Shown here: piece by piece, positions 36,071-46,558 of the stretch
How the letters are laid out: each line of letters starts with the position of its first letter
Position numbering within the stretch: the first letter of the stretch is position 1
Source: Cyanobacteria bacterium P01_F01_bin.150
Lineage (GTDB): Bacteria > Cyanobacteriota > Cyanobacteriia > CAKZMO01
Assembly: GCA_039189765.1 (NCBI GenBank)
Contig: JBCCYL010000006.1
Location: 101,630-165,629, forward strand
Length of the DNA: 64,000 nucleotides
Reading direction: 5' to 3'
Notes under the pieces: model-generated
Told to the model about the DNA's origin: nothing
The model's input: the letters and a program-made list of their open reading frames with translations, nothing else
The model's database searches: none
Program-made: the position numbers and the translations under genes

Positions 36071-36165
36071 GGAAAAGAGGACCTTACAGGAAAACAATGA
36101 AAATTGAAGCTGGGGAATATCAATGCTAGGATCTCGTTCCAATAGGTCTCGTACTTACAACACTT

Positions 36166-37308
36166 ATGAAACTGACTTGTTCCCAAACTGAACTCAATAC
36201 GCATTTGTCATTAGTGAACCGGGCAGTACCTTCACGACCCAATCACCCTATTCTTGCCAATGTTCTTCTTGCAGCCAGCAATGATAAACAGCAATTAAGT
36301 CTGACTGGTTTTGATTTAAGTTTAGGGATTCAAGCTAGTTTCTCCGTCGATGTGCTGGATTCTGGCGAACTAACCTTACCGGCGAAGCTTTTGTCCGATA
36401 TTGTGGCTCGACTTCCGGAAGGTAACGTCACCTTAGAATCTGACGATGATCAGATTGTGACGTTGACATGCTCTTCCGGTGAATACCAGGTTAGGGGTCT
36501 TGCTGCTAATGAGTATCCGTCTTTACCAATGATGGATGAAAGTGAGGTTATTTATTTACCCGTAGAAGCGCTTTCAAGTGGATTGCGAGGAACTTTATTT
36601 GCATCCAGTACGGATGACAATAAGCAGCTATTGACGGGTGTGCACTTAAAAACGGAGCAGGACTATCTCGAATTTGCCGCTACAGATGGACATCGTCTTT
36701 CTGTGGTTCAAACAACGTCTGAGAGCGAAGGGGAAGAGACGGTTGTTGCCACTGTCGATTTTGATGTAACGGTTCCAGGCAAGGCATTGCGCGAATTGGA
36801 GCGAATGTTACAAATGCACCAATCTTCGGAGGCGATCGCCGTTCGCTTTGATCAAGGTCAATTGATCATTGAATGGGATAATCAGAGGCTAACCAGTCGT
36901 CTTCTAGAGGGGCAGTATCCCCCTTATCATAAACTAATTCCTAATAGCTTTTCTCGACAAGTGACAGTTGAACGGCGACTTTTAATGGGAGCATTAGATC
37001 GAATTTCTGTTCTAGCAGATCAAAAAAATGGCATCGTTAAACTGACTTTAGACTCTGAGACTAATGTGATTCTTCTGTCTGTTGATGCGCCTGATGTGGG
37101 TAGTGGAAAGGAATCTGTATCGGCTCAAATTTCAGGTGAACCTCTAGAGATAGCGTTTAATGTCAAATATTTACAGGATGGTCTAAAAGCTTTTTCGACC
37201 GGTGAGATTCAAATGCAATGTGATACAGCGACAAGCCCTTCCATTTTAACGCCTCTAGGAGGTGTTAAAATGACGTATCTGGTTATGCCCGTACAAATTA
37301 GATCGTAA
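36166..37308 (+). CDS. dnaN: DNA polymerase III beta sliding clamp
   Basis: AATDGHRLS, SRLLEGQYP, IAFNVKYL, C-terminal YLVMPVQIR. Confidence 0.97.
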   Translation: MKLTCSQTELNTHLSLVNRAVPSRPNHPILANVLLAASNDKQQLSLTGFDLSLGIQASFSVDVLDSGELTLPAKLLSDIVARLPEGNVTLESDDDQIVTLTCSSGEYQVRGLAANEYPSLPMMDESEVIYLPVEALSSGLRGTLFASSTDDNKQLLTGVHLKTEQDYLEFAATDGHRLSVVQTTSESEGEETVVATVDFDVTVPGKALRELERMLQMHQSSEAIAVRFDQGQLIIEWDNQRLTSRLLEGQYPPYHKLIPNSFSRQVTVERRLLMGALDRISVLADQKNGIVKLTLDSETNVILLSVDAPDVGSGKESVSAQISGEPLEIAFNVKYLQDGLKAFSTGEIQMQCDTATSPSILTPLGGVKMTYLVMPVQIRS

Positions 37309-37314
37309 CATAAC

Positions 37315-37349
37315 AAAGAGTGACCTGATTTTAAGTCAAGTCACTCTTT
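37315..37349 (+). terminator. Hairpin after dnaN
   Basis: AAAGAGTGAC / GTCACTCTTT inverted repeat a few bp after the stop. Confidence 0.6.
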
Positions 37350-37842
37350 AGAAAACGAAAGTGAAAACACATCTTAACTATCTGGAGTGATTAGAAGATT
37401 CCTCTATAAATTAAGGAAAAATTGAAGTGATTTAAGTCAACTAATAAGCAGACTTAGAGATAAACTTCCATTTGCTAGTGAGAGGAATATAAGTATTTAA
37501 GTTGAAGATGCTTAACGAAACAAACATTATCTAGCACGATTTGAACAGTCAGTATTAACCTCCTTCGTAAACGATAGAACTGATGCCAGAGAATAGAAAA
37601 CTAGCTTCTTTTTCTGAAGTGTTTGAAGCAAACTTAATTTGCTTGGTTCACTTAACTCCGATTATTCAAATCGCCAAGACAACTTCTTTTCTGACTCTTT
37701 AAGTCTAGCTAAATAAGCGATCGATAATCAAGACTTTGCCTAAAAGTTTACATCTAGTCTGGTAGGTGCTTACTTCTTTATCTCTTTAGTTTAAATATTG
37801 TTGTTGTTTAACTAGAAATATTCTTCAGTGTATTTCTATGGA

Positions 37843-38355
37843 TTATTCATCATAACCTTGACGACAAAAGTTATTCAGCTCATCAACTAGAGGTTGCTGC
37901 TTCTCAAATGTGGTTTCTAATTGTGTATAGGCTGGTTTTGCATCACTCATGTTTTGTTCATTATGAGCGGTAACAATTGTCTGAACGTGGGTACTAATGT
38001 CTGTGTAGAATTCAAGAAAGCGAGATTTAAAGCTATTTAATTTATTGTTGCTCAGATTAACCATTTCGAGATCTGTTACTGCTTGGTTTGTGGCAGTCGC
38101 AATATCTTGAAGAGCACTAATATCGGGGGATGATGCCTGAGTAATATTACTTATTGTTTGTTCTGTTGAATTGACCATTGCGATCAGTTGATTACACTGT
38201 GAAACTTTGCTTTCTCCACAGCTTGTTATGAGTAACGCGAATATCAGTGTAAATCTTATTTTTTGACCAAGTTGAAGTGAAAGGCTGAGTTTTCTCTGCA
38301 TGAATATACTGATGATTTTAATTGCCTCAAAAATATTTGGGTTACAAACAGTCAT
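37843..38355 (-). CDS. Hypothetical lipoprotein
   Basis: Lipobox-like LLITSC followed by GESKVSQCNQLI and a helical body; start likely at an internal Met. Confidence 0.7.
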   Translation of the reverse strand: MTVCNPNIFEAIKIISIFMQRKLSLSLQLGQKIRFTLIFALLITSCGESKVSQCNQLIAMVNSTEQTISNITQASSPDISALQDIATATNQAVTDLEMVNLSNNKLNSFKSRFLEFYTDISTHVQTIVTAHNEQNMSDAKPAYTQLETTFEKQQPLVDELNNFCRQGYDE

Positions 38356-38494
38356 ACATAGGTCTCCTTGCAGAGATGGTTCAAACGCTAATCATCTTAC
38401 CCAAGCTTGTTTGAAATAAAATATTTAGTCGTCAAATTAAATCATGTGAACAAGGTAAGAGAGCAATTGAGTGTTGCTGAGAAACGATACTTGT

Positions 38495-39604
38495 TTAACG
38501 AAGAATATCCGTTAGCCAATTTTCAATACGTTGCCCCATAGCGTTTAAAGAATATTGCCTTTCTGCCTGCTTTCTACAAGTTTGACGAGATATTTCGGGT
38601 AACTTTTGAATGCTGCTGACTAAGCCTTGAATATCGTCAGGGGGAACGAGCCAACCACTGGTGCCATGATTAACAATTTCAGATGGCCCTCCTCGGTCAT
38701 ACGCAATCACGGGGACTCCGCAAGCTAAGGCTTCAATCGTTACATTGCCAAATGCTTCAATCCATTTGGGTGTCATTAGTAACCCTTTGCTATGTCCTAA
38801 AGATTGTTGAAGATCTTGAGTAGAGAGAAAACCTTCATAGGTGACGGGTGCTTCTGGATAAGCAGAACATATATTTTTCCAATAGGTTTGATCGGGCATT
38901 ATGCCAAAGACTTTGAGCGGAATATTTACTTGTTGGGAGGCTGCGATCGCGTCTTCAATGCCTTTTTCTGGGGCGATACGACCGATCCATGCCAGATATT
39001 CTTGGGCCTCTGGTTGAAACTTATATTGGGTCAAATCTAGGCCGTTGCTTAAGATGCGGCAGCGATCACCGAAGGGAAACGTGTCGGCTTGCGATTGACT
39101 ATGAACGCCTATGGTCAGAGGGTAGGCTTCAAGGGTTTGTTGAATAATGTCATCGATCGCTTTGGTAAGAGAACCCATGCTAATCAGATGGGCAATCGGA
39201 ATAGTTAGCCAAGGTGTTAGGTAGAACGGCAGCCAGTCATAGGCGAAGTTGAGCACAATGTCGTGGTGTGTTTGTTGCTGTTGTGCTTCATCAAGCATCG
39301 CGGCTAAGACTGATTGGGACGGCATGATGATGGGAGTCTGACGTCCTTGATTTTGGGCTGTGTCTTGTAGGGTTCCTGGTATGGAGAGAAGCGTAATATC
39401 CAAGTGTTTATCGATGTCAAGATATGAGCGCTCGGGGGCAATGATTTTGATGTGATGACCATTTTGAGCAAGGGCGATCGCAATATTTTTAAGCGTTAGT
39501 TCTACGCCACCACCTAAGCCAGAACCAAGAGGGCCGACCGGGGTAGATAAAAAAAGAATCTGCAAGAGTATAGGATCTATCAATAACTGGAATAAGGGGA
39601 TCAA
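38495..39604 (-). CDS. Glycosyltransferase family 4
   Basis: STPVGPLGSGLGGGVE, GRIAPEKG, EAFGNVTIEALACGVPV. Confidence 0.92.
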   Translation of the reverse strand: MIPLFQLLIDPILLQILFLSTPVGPLGSGLGGGVELTLKNIAIALAQNGHHIKIIAPERSYLDIDKHLDITLLSIPGTLQDTAQNQGRQTPIIMPSQSVLAAMLDEAQQQQTHHDIVLNFAYDWLPFYLTPWLTIPIAHLISMGSLTKAIDDIIQQTLEAYPLTIGVHSQSQADTFPFGDRCRILSNGLDLTQYKFQPEAQEYLAWIGRIAPEKGIEDAIAASQQVNIPLKVFGIMPDQTYWKNICSAYPEAPVTYEGFLSTQDLQQSLGHSKGLLMTPKWIEAFGNVTIEALACGVPVIAYDRGGPSEIVNHGTSGWLVPPDDIQGLVSSIQKLPEISRQTCRKQAERQYSLNAMGQRIENWLTDILR

Positions 39605-39614
39605 CTATAAGCAA

Positions 39615-39643
39615 GTGATAGTGGCGCGGAGCGCCACTATCAC
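39615..39643. repeat. Short GC-rich REP-like hairpin
   Basis: GTGATAGTGGCGC-GGA-GCGCCACTATCAC perfect 13-bp stem. Confidence 0.65.
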
Positions 39644-39651
39644 CATTCATT

Positions 39652-39685
39652 AAAAATGCAGGGATTTACGAAGGTAAACCCCTGC
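39652..39685 (-). terminator. Terminator after psaF-psaJ
   Basis: GCAGGGATTTAC-GAAG-GTAAACCCCTGC stem followed by a T-run on the minus strand. Confidence 0.55.
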
Positions 39686-39724
39686 TTAAAACAAGAGATG
39701 TGCGATCATTTTTCAGAACGACGA

Positions 39725-39853
39725 CTAAGCATGAAACAAAAGAAGGTCTGGTACGAGCCAATTAAATACAATGATTGTGGTTGCGGTGAACAGCATCGTA
39801 ATCGTTAACAGAACAGGGGCAAAGGACAGGTACGTTTTGAAATTCTTACTCAT
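39725..39853 (-). CDS. psaJ: Photosystem I reaction centre subunit IX (42 aa; not in ORF track)
   Basis: Hand translation MSKNFKTYLSFAPVLLTITMLFTATTIIVFNWLVPDLLLFHA; YLSxAPV and PDLL motifs; directly downstream of psaF. Confidence 0.9.
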   Translation of the reverse strand: MSKNFKTYLSFAPVLLTITMLFTATTIIVFNWLVPDLLLFHA

Positions 39854-39936
39854 AATGAATGAAGTCTCTAAGCGAAAAACAGTATAAACGACCGCTAGCT
39901 TATCTAAGCCAGCTTGAAAATTATCTTTGATGCAAG

Positions 39937-40422
39937 CTAGCGACGAGAAACGTTCAACTTATCGTCCGGTACGGACATTTCACCATCTCTAACAGCTTTA
40001 AATGCATCAATAGGCCAAATAACGCCAGCCATCATGGTATTGAATGCAAGGGGAACATCAATGATGATCTCTTTCATTGCAGGATCCTTCTCACCACGGG
40101 TTTGGAGCAGGTAAGATCGGCCGACCCATCCAATCCATCCTGCAATATACAGGAATAGAAGGCCAGGAATCATAAATTCGCCTGCATGATCCCAGCGCCC
40201 ATCTACTACAAGGTGGGGAAGACCTTCTTCACCGCAGAGCAAGCCTGCATTGGCATAAAACTCGAAACGGCGCTTTGCCTGAGGCGTTGGCGCAGCAGCA
40301 GCCCTACCTTGAAATGCAGGAGACTCGCTACAGGGAGTGAGTCCTGCAACGTCCGCTGATGCAGGAGGAGTAAACCCCAAAAATAGACATAGTACGATTG
40401 CTAAAGCAAATAATCGACGCAT
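39937..40422 (-). CDS. psaF: Photosystem I reaction centre subunit III
   Basis: MRRLFA signal, [46 protein letters not shown]. Confidence 0.96.
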   Translation of the reverse strand: MRRLFALAIVLCLFLGFTPPASADVAGLTPCSESPAFQGRAAAAPTPQAKRRFEFYANAGLLCGEEGLPHLVVDGRWDHAGEFMIPGLLFLYIAGWIGWVGRSYLLQTRGEKDPAMKEIIIDVPLAFNTMMAGVIWPIDAFKAVRDGEMSVPDDKLNVSRR

Positions 40423-40675
40423 AGGTTGTTTTCCTTTGACGACAAGTAGCAACGGTTTCGCTACAGTTGCTTACATAAGTTCCGCTTTCTCCATTGAATC
40501 ATGTCCGAATGCATGTAGAAGTATTAACTTACATTTAGATAATGAGGCCGTAGCATAGTACCCGTGGCGAGCGTCGATATCTGAGAACTCAGAGTCTGAA
40601 CCCAGGTTTAAGGCATAATAAGCCTTTGCAAACGCTCTAATCCCATCATAACCTACATTGATAATCGGTAACTTT

Positions 40676-41761
40676 ATGACAAAAATTTTATCAATAGAAA
40701 CAAGTTGTGACGAAACTGCTGTGGCAGTTGTAACCGACTCAGTCTCTTCTTTACCTTCTGGGACATCCCATGAAACAAAGATGTTCAATGTTTTAAGTAA
40801 TGTGGTGTCCACTCAAATAGAGACTCACCGACGCTATGGGGGAATTGTGCCTGAGGTCGCATCTCGTCAGCATGTGGAGGTGATCAATAGCGTTCTAGAG
40901 CAAGCCCTTGAGCAGGCTGCATGTGATTGGGATGATATCGATGCGATCGCTGCTACCTGTGCACCCGGCTTGGTGGGGGCATTGTTAGTGGGATTAACCG
41001 TGGCAAAAACCTTAGCCATACTGCACCAAAAGCCTTTTTTGGGAGTTCATCATCTAGAGGGACACATTTATGCATCATATCTGGCCGAAGGTAATTTGGA
41101 ACTCCCATTTTTATGCATGTTAGTGTCGGGTGGGCACACAAGTTTGATCCATGTGAAAGGATGTGGCGATTATGAGACGTTAGGATCTACTCGTGATGAT
41201 GCGGCTGGAGAAGCCTTTGATAAAGTTGGGCGATTACTAGATTTAGGATATCCAGGTGGACCCGTTATTGACCGTCTGGCCAAAGCTGGAAACCATAAGG
41301 CATTTCTTCTGCCGGAGGGCAGAATTTCGCTGCCGGACGGTGGCTTTCATCCCTATGACTGTAGTTTTAGCGGACTGAAGACTGCAATGTTGCGGTTAAC
41401 TGATAAACTGAGGCAAGAGGGTCAATCGTTGCCAGTGCCTGACTTAGCGGCTAGCTTCCAGTTTACGGTTGCCAAAGCACTGACTAAACGAGCGATTGCT
41501 TGTGCTTTGGATCATAATTTGACTTGTATTGCTGTTGGTGGTGGAGTTGCCGCGAATAGTGGTTTAAGGACCCACTTAACTAATATGGCTAAATCAAAAG
41601 GACTCAAGGCGCTGTTTCCACCTTTGGTGTACTGTACAGATAATGCCGCAATGATTGGATGTGCCGCACTGGATCACTTTAATCATGGTCATGTATCATC
41701 CACCAAGATGGGTGTTCAGTCACGGATGGCGGTTGAAAAGGTGATGTCCTTGTATCGTTGA
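40676..41761 (+). CDS. tsaD: tRNA N6-adenosine threonylcarbamoyltransferase
   Basis: IETSCDETAVA, GGIVPEVASRQH, HHLEGH, VSGGHT, DDAAGEAFDK, CTDNAAMI. Confidence 0.96.
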   Translation: MTKILSIETSCDETAVAVVTDSVSSLPSGTSHETKMFNVLSNVVSTQIETHRRYGGIVPEVASRQHVEVINSVLEQALEQAACDWDDIDAIAATCAPGLVGALLVGLTVAKTLAILHQKPFLGVHHLEGHIYASYLAEGNLELPFLCMLVSGGHTSLIHVKGCGDYETLGSTRDDAAGEAFDKVGRLLDLGYPGGPVIDRLAKAGNHKAFLLPEGRISLPDGGFHPYDCSFSGLKTAMLRLTDKLRQEGQSLPVPDLAASFQFTVAKALTKRAIACALDHNLTCIAVGGGVAANSGLRTHLTNMAKSKGLKALFPPLVYCTDNAAMIGCAALDHFNHGHVSSTKMGVQSRMAVEKVMSLYR

Positions 41762-41825
41762 TGGCTTCATCGTAGCAATGGGCAGAATATTTATTAAACA
41801 GCTTTAAGGAGTAAATTTAAGACTA

Positions 41826-41939
41826 TTGAACAAGAATGACATTACAGTCCGAGTATCGCTTCGGCTTTTAGCTCACGGCACATTTATAGGTGCAGTAGTG
41901 ATTGTTGCTATAGCTGGGTTTTTCCTGTTGCCACGTTAG
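41826..41939 (+). CDS. Candidate 37-aa single-TM small protein
   Basis: TTG-started frame MNKNDITVRVSLRLLAHGTFIGAVVIVAIAGFFLLPR; AAGGAG upstream; ends 18 bp before the LCCL gene. Confidence 0.3.
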   Translation: MNKNDITVRVSLRLLAHGTFIGAVVIVAIAGFFLLPR

Positions 41940-41957
41940 AAAAATGAGAAAACGAAA

Positions 41958-42782
41958 ATGACTGAAAACCCTCCATATGGAAAGGGTATGGTTAGTGTAG
42001 TCAATAGGCTTTGGAATCGTGGAACAGTGTTCATGATTCTGATTTCAGCACTGGTATGTAGCCTGTTTTGGATTGTTAGCGCTAGTACTAGTGCTATGTC
42101 TCATCGTGGTGACGGACCTGTGAAAGCAATCTCATGGTCTCAAACTGCCCAGGATTATCGTGGTCAGACTGATGATATTGTACTGTATTGCTCTGAGAAT
42201 GGTCAGTTTGAGAACGTTTGGGGTAGCGACGTGTATGCTGATGATTCATCTATTTGCAGTGCGGCAGTACATGGTGGGTTGATTACGGTGGCTGATGGTG
42301 GGGCGATTGCAATCCGCCTACTTCCAGGACAGCCTAGATATGTGGCTACGACTCAAAATGGGGTAACTTCTGAGTCTTGGGGGTCTTGGTTTGGTAGCTT
42401 TACGTTTACGACTCTGCATGACCCAATTGCCGGGACTGTCACTGTGAATGGGCAGTCTGTGCCAATTCAGATAGCAACGTGGCAGACAACAGCAACGCAA
42501 TTTTCTGAGCGAGAAGGGGATGCGATTGCTTTTTACTGTCCTCCTAATGGAGAGATTGGTTCGTTATGGGGTACTGATATTTACAGGGACGCCTCATCCG
42601 TTTGTAGTGCAGCAGTGCATGACTCTCGTTTAATGACCACGGATGGTGGTGTAGTTGCTTTGATTATGGGAATGGAACAGGCAAGGTATCAAGCTTCAAC
42701 CCGCCAAGGCGTGATCAGTCAATCATCTCGTTCAGTTTCGCCTAGCTTTCGATTCACGTCTTTCCAAAATCTAATCCAATAA
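41958..42782 (+). CDS. Exported protein with two LCCL domains
   Basis: Two copies of YC...WG.D.Y.D.SS.CSAAVH.....DGG...Y..T...GV.S; N-terminal hydrophobic segment. Confidence 0.85.
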   Translation: MTENPPYGKGMVSVVNRLWNRGTVFMILISALVCSLFWIVSASTSAMSHRGDGPVKAISWSQTAQDYRGQTDDIVLYCSENGQFENVWGSDVYADDSSICSAAVHGGLITVADGGAIAIRLLPGQPRYVATTQNGVTSESWGSWFGSFTFTTLHDPIAGTVTVNGQSVPIQIATWQTTATQFSEREGDAIAFYCPPNGEIGSLWGTDIYRDASSVCSAAVHDSRLMTTDGGVVALIMGMEQARYQASTRQGVISQSSRSVSPSFRFTSFQNLIQ

Positions 42783-42946
42783 TTTGTATATCCACTTTAG
42801 GCGGCTAGTGTGGACGTTTCACACCCATACTACCGTTAGGTTTGTTTCGACTTTAAATGAAATCGGATAATTGCTATGTGAGGGCTGGTTTGGATTGGTG
42901 TAAGATCGGTAGCGCAATATTTATTTAAGATTTTCAAACGCTATCT

Positions 42947-43831
42947 ATGGAAATTCGCCGTCGTCCTCCCAATCCTGCGGTTAACGTTGATACTTTAGAG
43001 TTCAAGATCAAGGCGGCTGATCAAGAGCCTCGGAATATTCTGGAAAAAATTGTTTGGCAAAAAGAACTTGAAATAGGACGCTGGCGTGAGAAGACGCCTC
43101 TGCACCAGTTAAAACAGAAGGTGCAGGCAGCGACCCCACCAAAGGATTTTTGGGCAGCTCTAAATGAAGGAAAAACCAGTCCTGCCCTGATTGCTGAAGT
43201 TAAAAAAGCGTCTCCCAGTAAAGGGGTGATTCGAGCCGATTTTGAGCCGGTGGCGATTGCCCAAGCCTATGAAAAATCTGGTGCATCTTGCATATCAGTA
43301 TTGACAGATACCACCTTCTTTCAAGGCAGTTTTGATTATCTGAGGCAGATTCGAGCTACAGTTAGCATTCCTTTGCTGTGTAAAGAATTTATTATTTATC
43401 CGTATCAAATTTTTATGGCTCGTGCCGCTGGGGCTGATGCGGTCTTGTTGATTGCTGCTATCTTGTCAGATCAGGATTTACAGTATTTTGTCAAGATTAT
43501 CAAGTCTCTGGGGATGACAGCTCTGGTGGAAGTTCATACGGAGGAAGAGCTGAAGCGTGTTCTGGCTGTGGACGGCGTGACTCTGGTCGGCATTAATAAT
43601 CGAAATTTAGAAGATTTTTCGGTGGATTTGGCAACGACCCAGGCATTGATGAATAACTACTGGGAAACAATGGCTGAACGCAATATTCTGGTGGTGAGTG
43701 AATCGGGAATTCATACCACTGAGGATTTAGGTAAAGTTTTGGATACGGGGGCTAAGGCCGTGTTGGTGGGTGAATCGATTGTCAAGCAGCCGGATCCGGG
43801 AGCGGCGATTGCCCAGCTATTTGGCCTATAA
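42947..43831 (+). CDS. trpC: Indole-3-glycerol phosphate synthase
   Basis: [38 protein letters not shown]; cyanobacterial [11 protein letters not shown]-terminus. Confidence 0.97.
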   Translation: MEIRRRPPNPAVNVDTLEFKIKAADQEPRNILEKIVWQKELEIGRWREKTPLHQLKQKVQAATPPKDFWAALNEGKTSPALIAEVKKASPSKGVIRADFEPVAIAQAYEKSGASCISVLTDTTFFQGSFDYLRQIRATVSIPLLCKEFIIYPYQIFMARAAGADAVLLIAAILSDQDLQYFVKIIKSLGMTALVEVHTEEELKRVLAVDGVTLVGINNRNLEDFSVDLATTQALMNNYWETMAERNILVVSESGIHTTEDLGKVLDTGAKAVLVGESIVKQPDPGAAIAQLFGL

Positions 43832-43922
43832 AACCTGTTTTTGCTATGTAGTGCTGATTGTTTAGGGTGTTTGTGTGGGCGTTTCTCATCCATACAAACG
43901 TATATCCTCATGAAAGCTACGG

Positions 43923-45101
43923 TTATATTGTCCGGCTGTTTTTTCTGAGGTTAGAAACCGTTTTGCAGAAACAGTGGGCGGCTTTATGAATCTGTTCTAA
44001 AGTATTAAACCGGCCTATGCCAAAACGGATAGAGGCATAGGCTAAATCCCTACTGTGTCCTAGAGCCGTGAGTACATGGGACGGTTCCATAGATGAGGAA
44101 GAGCAAGCAGAGCCAGATGAAACTGCAAGGCTTTGCTGAAGCCCCAGCAGCAGAGCTTGGCCGTCAACACCTTCTACACTAACGTTCAAATTGCCTGGAA
44201 GGCGCTTGTCAGTGTGTCCATTGATGCAGATACCCTCGACTTTAGAGATTGCTTGCCATAGCTCTTGCCGTAGTTTCAGAGTCATTTTGGATTCTTCCTG
44301 AGACTCGTCAAGGGCAATATCGACAGCTTTAGCAAATCCCACTATTTGTGGTGGATATAGCGTTCCTGAGCGTAAGCCTCTTTCATGTCCTCCTCCATGC
44401 AGTTGGGGAGAGAGCTGGACCCTTGGTTTTTTCCGCCGAACGTAGAGTGCTCCAATTCCTTTGGGACCATAAATTTTATGAGCGGTCAGAGACATTAAGT
44501 CAATTGACATATCTTGGACATGCAAAGGAATTTTGCCAATTGCTTGGGCGGCATCGGTATGGAACAGAATTTGGCGATCGCGACAAATTGCTCCAATTGT
44601 GGATAACGGCTGTAATACGCCAATTTCATTGTTTGCAGCCATGACCGATACCAATATCGTATCAGGGCGGCAAGCTGATTTTAACTGGTCTAAAGGCAAC
44701 AAACCATCTGGCTGTACTGGTAAGAGCGTTATTTCAAAGCCCAGCGATTCCAAATAACGACAGGGATCAAGTACTGCATTATGCTCAGTGACCACTGTAA
44801 TAATATGCTTGCCTTTAGAAAAATATGCTTCTGCTACTCCTTTAATGGCTAAATTATTGGCTTCGGTTGCGCCACTGGTAAAAACAATTTCTTCGGGTTC
44901 TGCTCCAATGGCCTGAGCGAGTGATTCCCTGGCAAACGTCACAGCCGCCTCGGCGGCCCAGCCGTACTGATGGGTTGTACTGGAGGCATTCCCAAACTGC
45001 TCTGTGAAATAGGGCAGCATTGTTGCTAGAACACGAGGGTCGACTGGAGTTGTGGCATGGGCATCTAAATAAATGGGCTGATAGGCCATAGGACTAGTCA
45101 T
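43923..45101 (-). CDS. iscS: Cysteine desulfurase (IscS-type)
   Basis: YLDAHATTP, FTSGATEANN, HTDAAQ, TAHKIYGPKG (PLP Lys), SSGSAC. Confidence 0.93.
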   Translation of the reverse strand: MTSPMAYQPIYLDAHATTPVDPRVLATMLPYFTEQFGNASSTTHQYGWAAEAAVTFARESLAQAIGAEPEEIVFTSGATEANNLAIKGVAEAYFSKGKHIITVVTEHNAVLDPCRYLESLGFEITLLPVQPDGLLPLDQLKSACRPDTILVSVMAANNEIGVLQPLSTIGAICRDRQILFHTDAAQAIGKIPLHVQDMSIDLMSLTAHKIYGPKGIGALYVRRKKPRVQLSPQLHGGGHERGLRSGTLYPPQIVGFAKAVDIALDESQEESKMTLKLRQELWQAISKVEGICINGHTDKRLPGNLNVSVEGVDGQALLLGLQQSLAVSSGSACSSSSMEPSHVLTALGHSRDLAYASIRFGIGRFNTLEQIHKAAHCFCKTVSNLRKNSRTI

Positions 45102-46257
45102 CTGCCTCGTAACTCAGCATTTCTTGGACATTTCCACAGAAATCCTGTAAATTTTGGGTCTCGCTGCGCCGAGATTTTCGACGATAGCGTTTAGTCCTCA
45201 ATTTTGGTTCAACGCGGTCGTGGCCCTTTTGACCTGACTTGATTTTCATTGCCGTTTCTTTTGCCGTACGCTGGTCTTGCTCAGTTTGGTACGAGATAGC
45301 ATCGTCCAGCATTGATAAATAATGTTCGTAGCGTTCCCAGTCGCCTCGAACTGCACAATTGGGTTCGTCGCGGTGTAAACAATTGCTGAATTGACAAGTG
45401 TGTTGGGCTAGCTGCTGGTGGATTTCGGGAAAATACTGACTGAGCTGATTAGGATAACAGTCTAGTTCAGGTTGATTAAATCCAGGCGTATCGGCGACTA
45501 GCCCTCCCTCTGGTAGCTCGAAGAGTTCAACGTGTCGCGTCGTGTGCCGACCGCGTCCTAGCTTTCCAGACACTGAATTGACGCGTTGATCGACGCTAGG
45601 AATCAGATAATTAATTAAGCTGGATTTTCCAACTCCAGAAGGACCAGAAATAATGGTGTGGTGCCCTTTAAGATGGTTGGTCAGTGCATCCAATCCTAAC
45701 CGATGGTGTAAACTCACTAAGATAGGACTGTATCCCCATTTTTGCAGGCGATTGCACCATTCTTGCTGTTCATCCTGCGGTACTAAATCTCGCTTATTGA
45801 GGCAAAGTGTTACTGCTAACTGAGTGGATTCAGCTTTGACAAGAAAACGACTCAGCTGCAGTGGCTCAAGGGGCGGGTTTGCCATTGCAAATACTAGGAG
45901 AATGTGATCAGCATTTGCAACGGGCGGACGATCAAGTTCACTTGTTCGCGGAAAGACTTCGATAATCGCTCCTCTTTGGCTGTTCCAGTCTGGTTCTGCG
46001 ATGCGGACGCGATCGCCCACCCATACCTGCTGCCCCATTTTTTTCAGCCGAGAACGACGGGTGCATAGAAGCTGCTGAGGCACATGCTGATTACTGCTAG
46101 TTGTTGCCTTATCAATGGATAGGCAGTAATTTTCTGTAGTACTGTCCAAACGAACCCAGTAAAAATTAGCTTGGACCGATAGTACGGTTCCTAAGATTGG
46201 TTGTTCTGTTTTTATTAAAGCAGCTTCGGAATTGTGAGAAAGACTTTTTACGGCCAT
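45094..46257 (-). CDS. rsgA: Small ribosomal subunit biogenesis GTPase
   Basis: NKRD, GPSGVGKSS, GRHTT, DTPG, CQFSNCLHRDEPNC. Confidence 0.96.
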   Translation of the reverse strand: MAVKSLSHNSEAALIKTEQPILGTVLSVQANFYWVRLDSTTENYCLSIDKATTSSNQHVPQQLLCTRRSRLKKMGQQVWVGDRVRIAEPDWNSQRGAIIEVFPRTSELDRPPVANADHILLVFAMANPPLEPLQLSRFLVKAESTQLAVTLCLNKRDLVPQDEQQEWCNRLQKWGYSPILVSLHHRLGLDALTNHLKGHHTIISGPSGVGKSSLINYLIPSVDQRVNSVSGKLGRGRHTTRHVELFELPEGGLVADTPGFNQPELDCYPNQLSQYFPEIHQQLAQHTCQFSNCLHRDEPNCAVRGDWERYEHYLSMLDDAISYQTEQDQRTAKETAMKIKSGQKGHDRVEPKLRTKRYRRKSRRSETQNLQDFCGNVQEMLSYEADD

Positions 46258-46258
46258 A

Positions 46259-46558
46259 TCAGCTTACCGATGGCCTTTGAACAAACAGTGCAAAAAAATC
46301 AGTCCTATCTTCTAATTGATGGATCTCATATCCTTCCATTCTTAGACTGTCAGGAACTTGCTCAATGGGTTCGCCAGGATCAAGCCAAACTTCAAGAGTT
46401 TTACCGGGTTCCATTTTCTCCAACTTCAATTTCGTGCGAACAAAATTAATCGGACAGGGCGTTCCTCGGAGATCTAGCTGTTCCTCGGCATCTACTGATT
46501 GATCAGCAGGCAAAGGAGAAGAGATATCAGATGAATTTTGCTGAGAGGTATGCGTCAT
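46259..46558 (-). CDS. tusA: Sulfur carrier TusA/SirA family protein
   Basis: [12 protein letters not shown] (CPxN), LEVWLD motif. Confidence 0.85.
   Translation of the reverse strand: MTHTSQQNSSDISSPLPADQSVDAEEQLDLRGTPCPINFVRTKLKLEKMEPGKTLEVWLDPGEPIEQVPDSLRMEGYEIHQLEDRTDFFALFVQRPSVS

Noticed and set aside
35821..36129. 102-aa ORF upstream of dnaN
   Set aside because: It is a translation of the DnaA-box array (FPQFST repeats); better explained as oriC
37350..37842. AT-rich stretch after dnaN as a possible gene remnant
   Set aside because: The frames I read contain multiple stops and no recognisable motif
40471..40812. 113-aa minus-strand ORF upstream of psaF
   Set aside because: Overlaps the tsaD start antisense and the psaF promoter region; no homology evident
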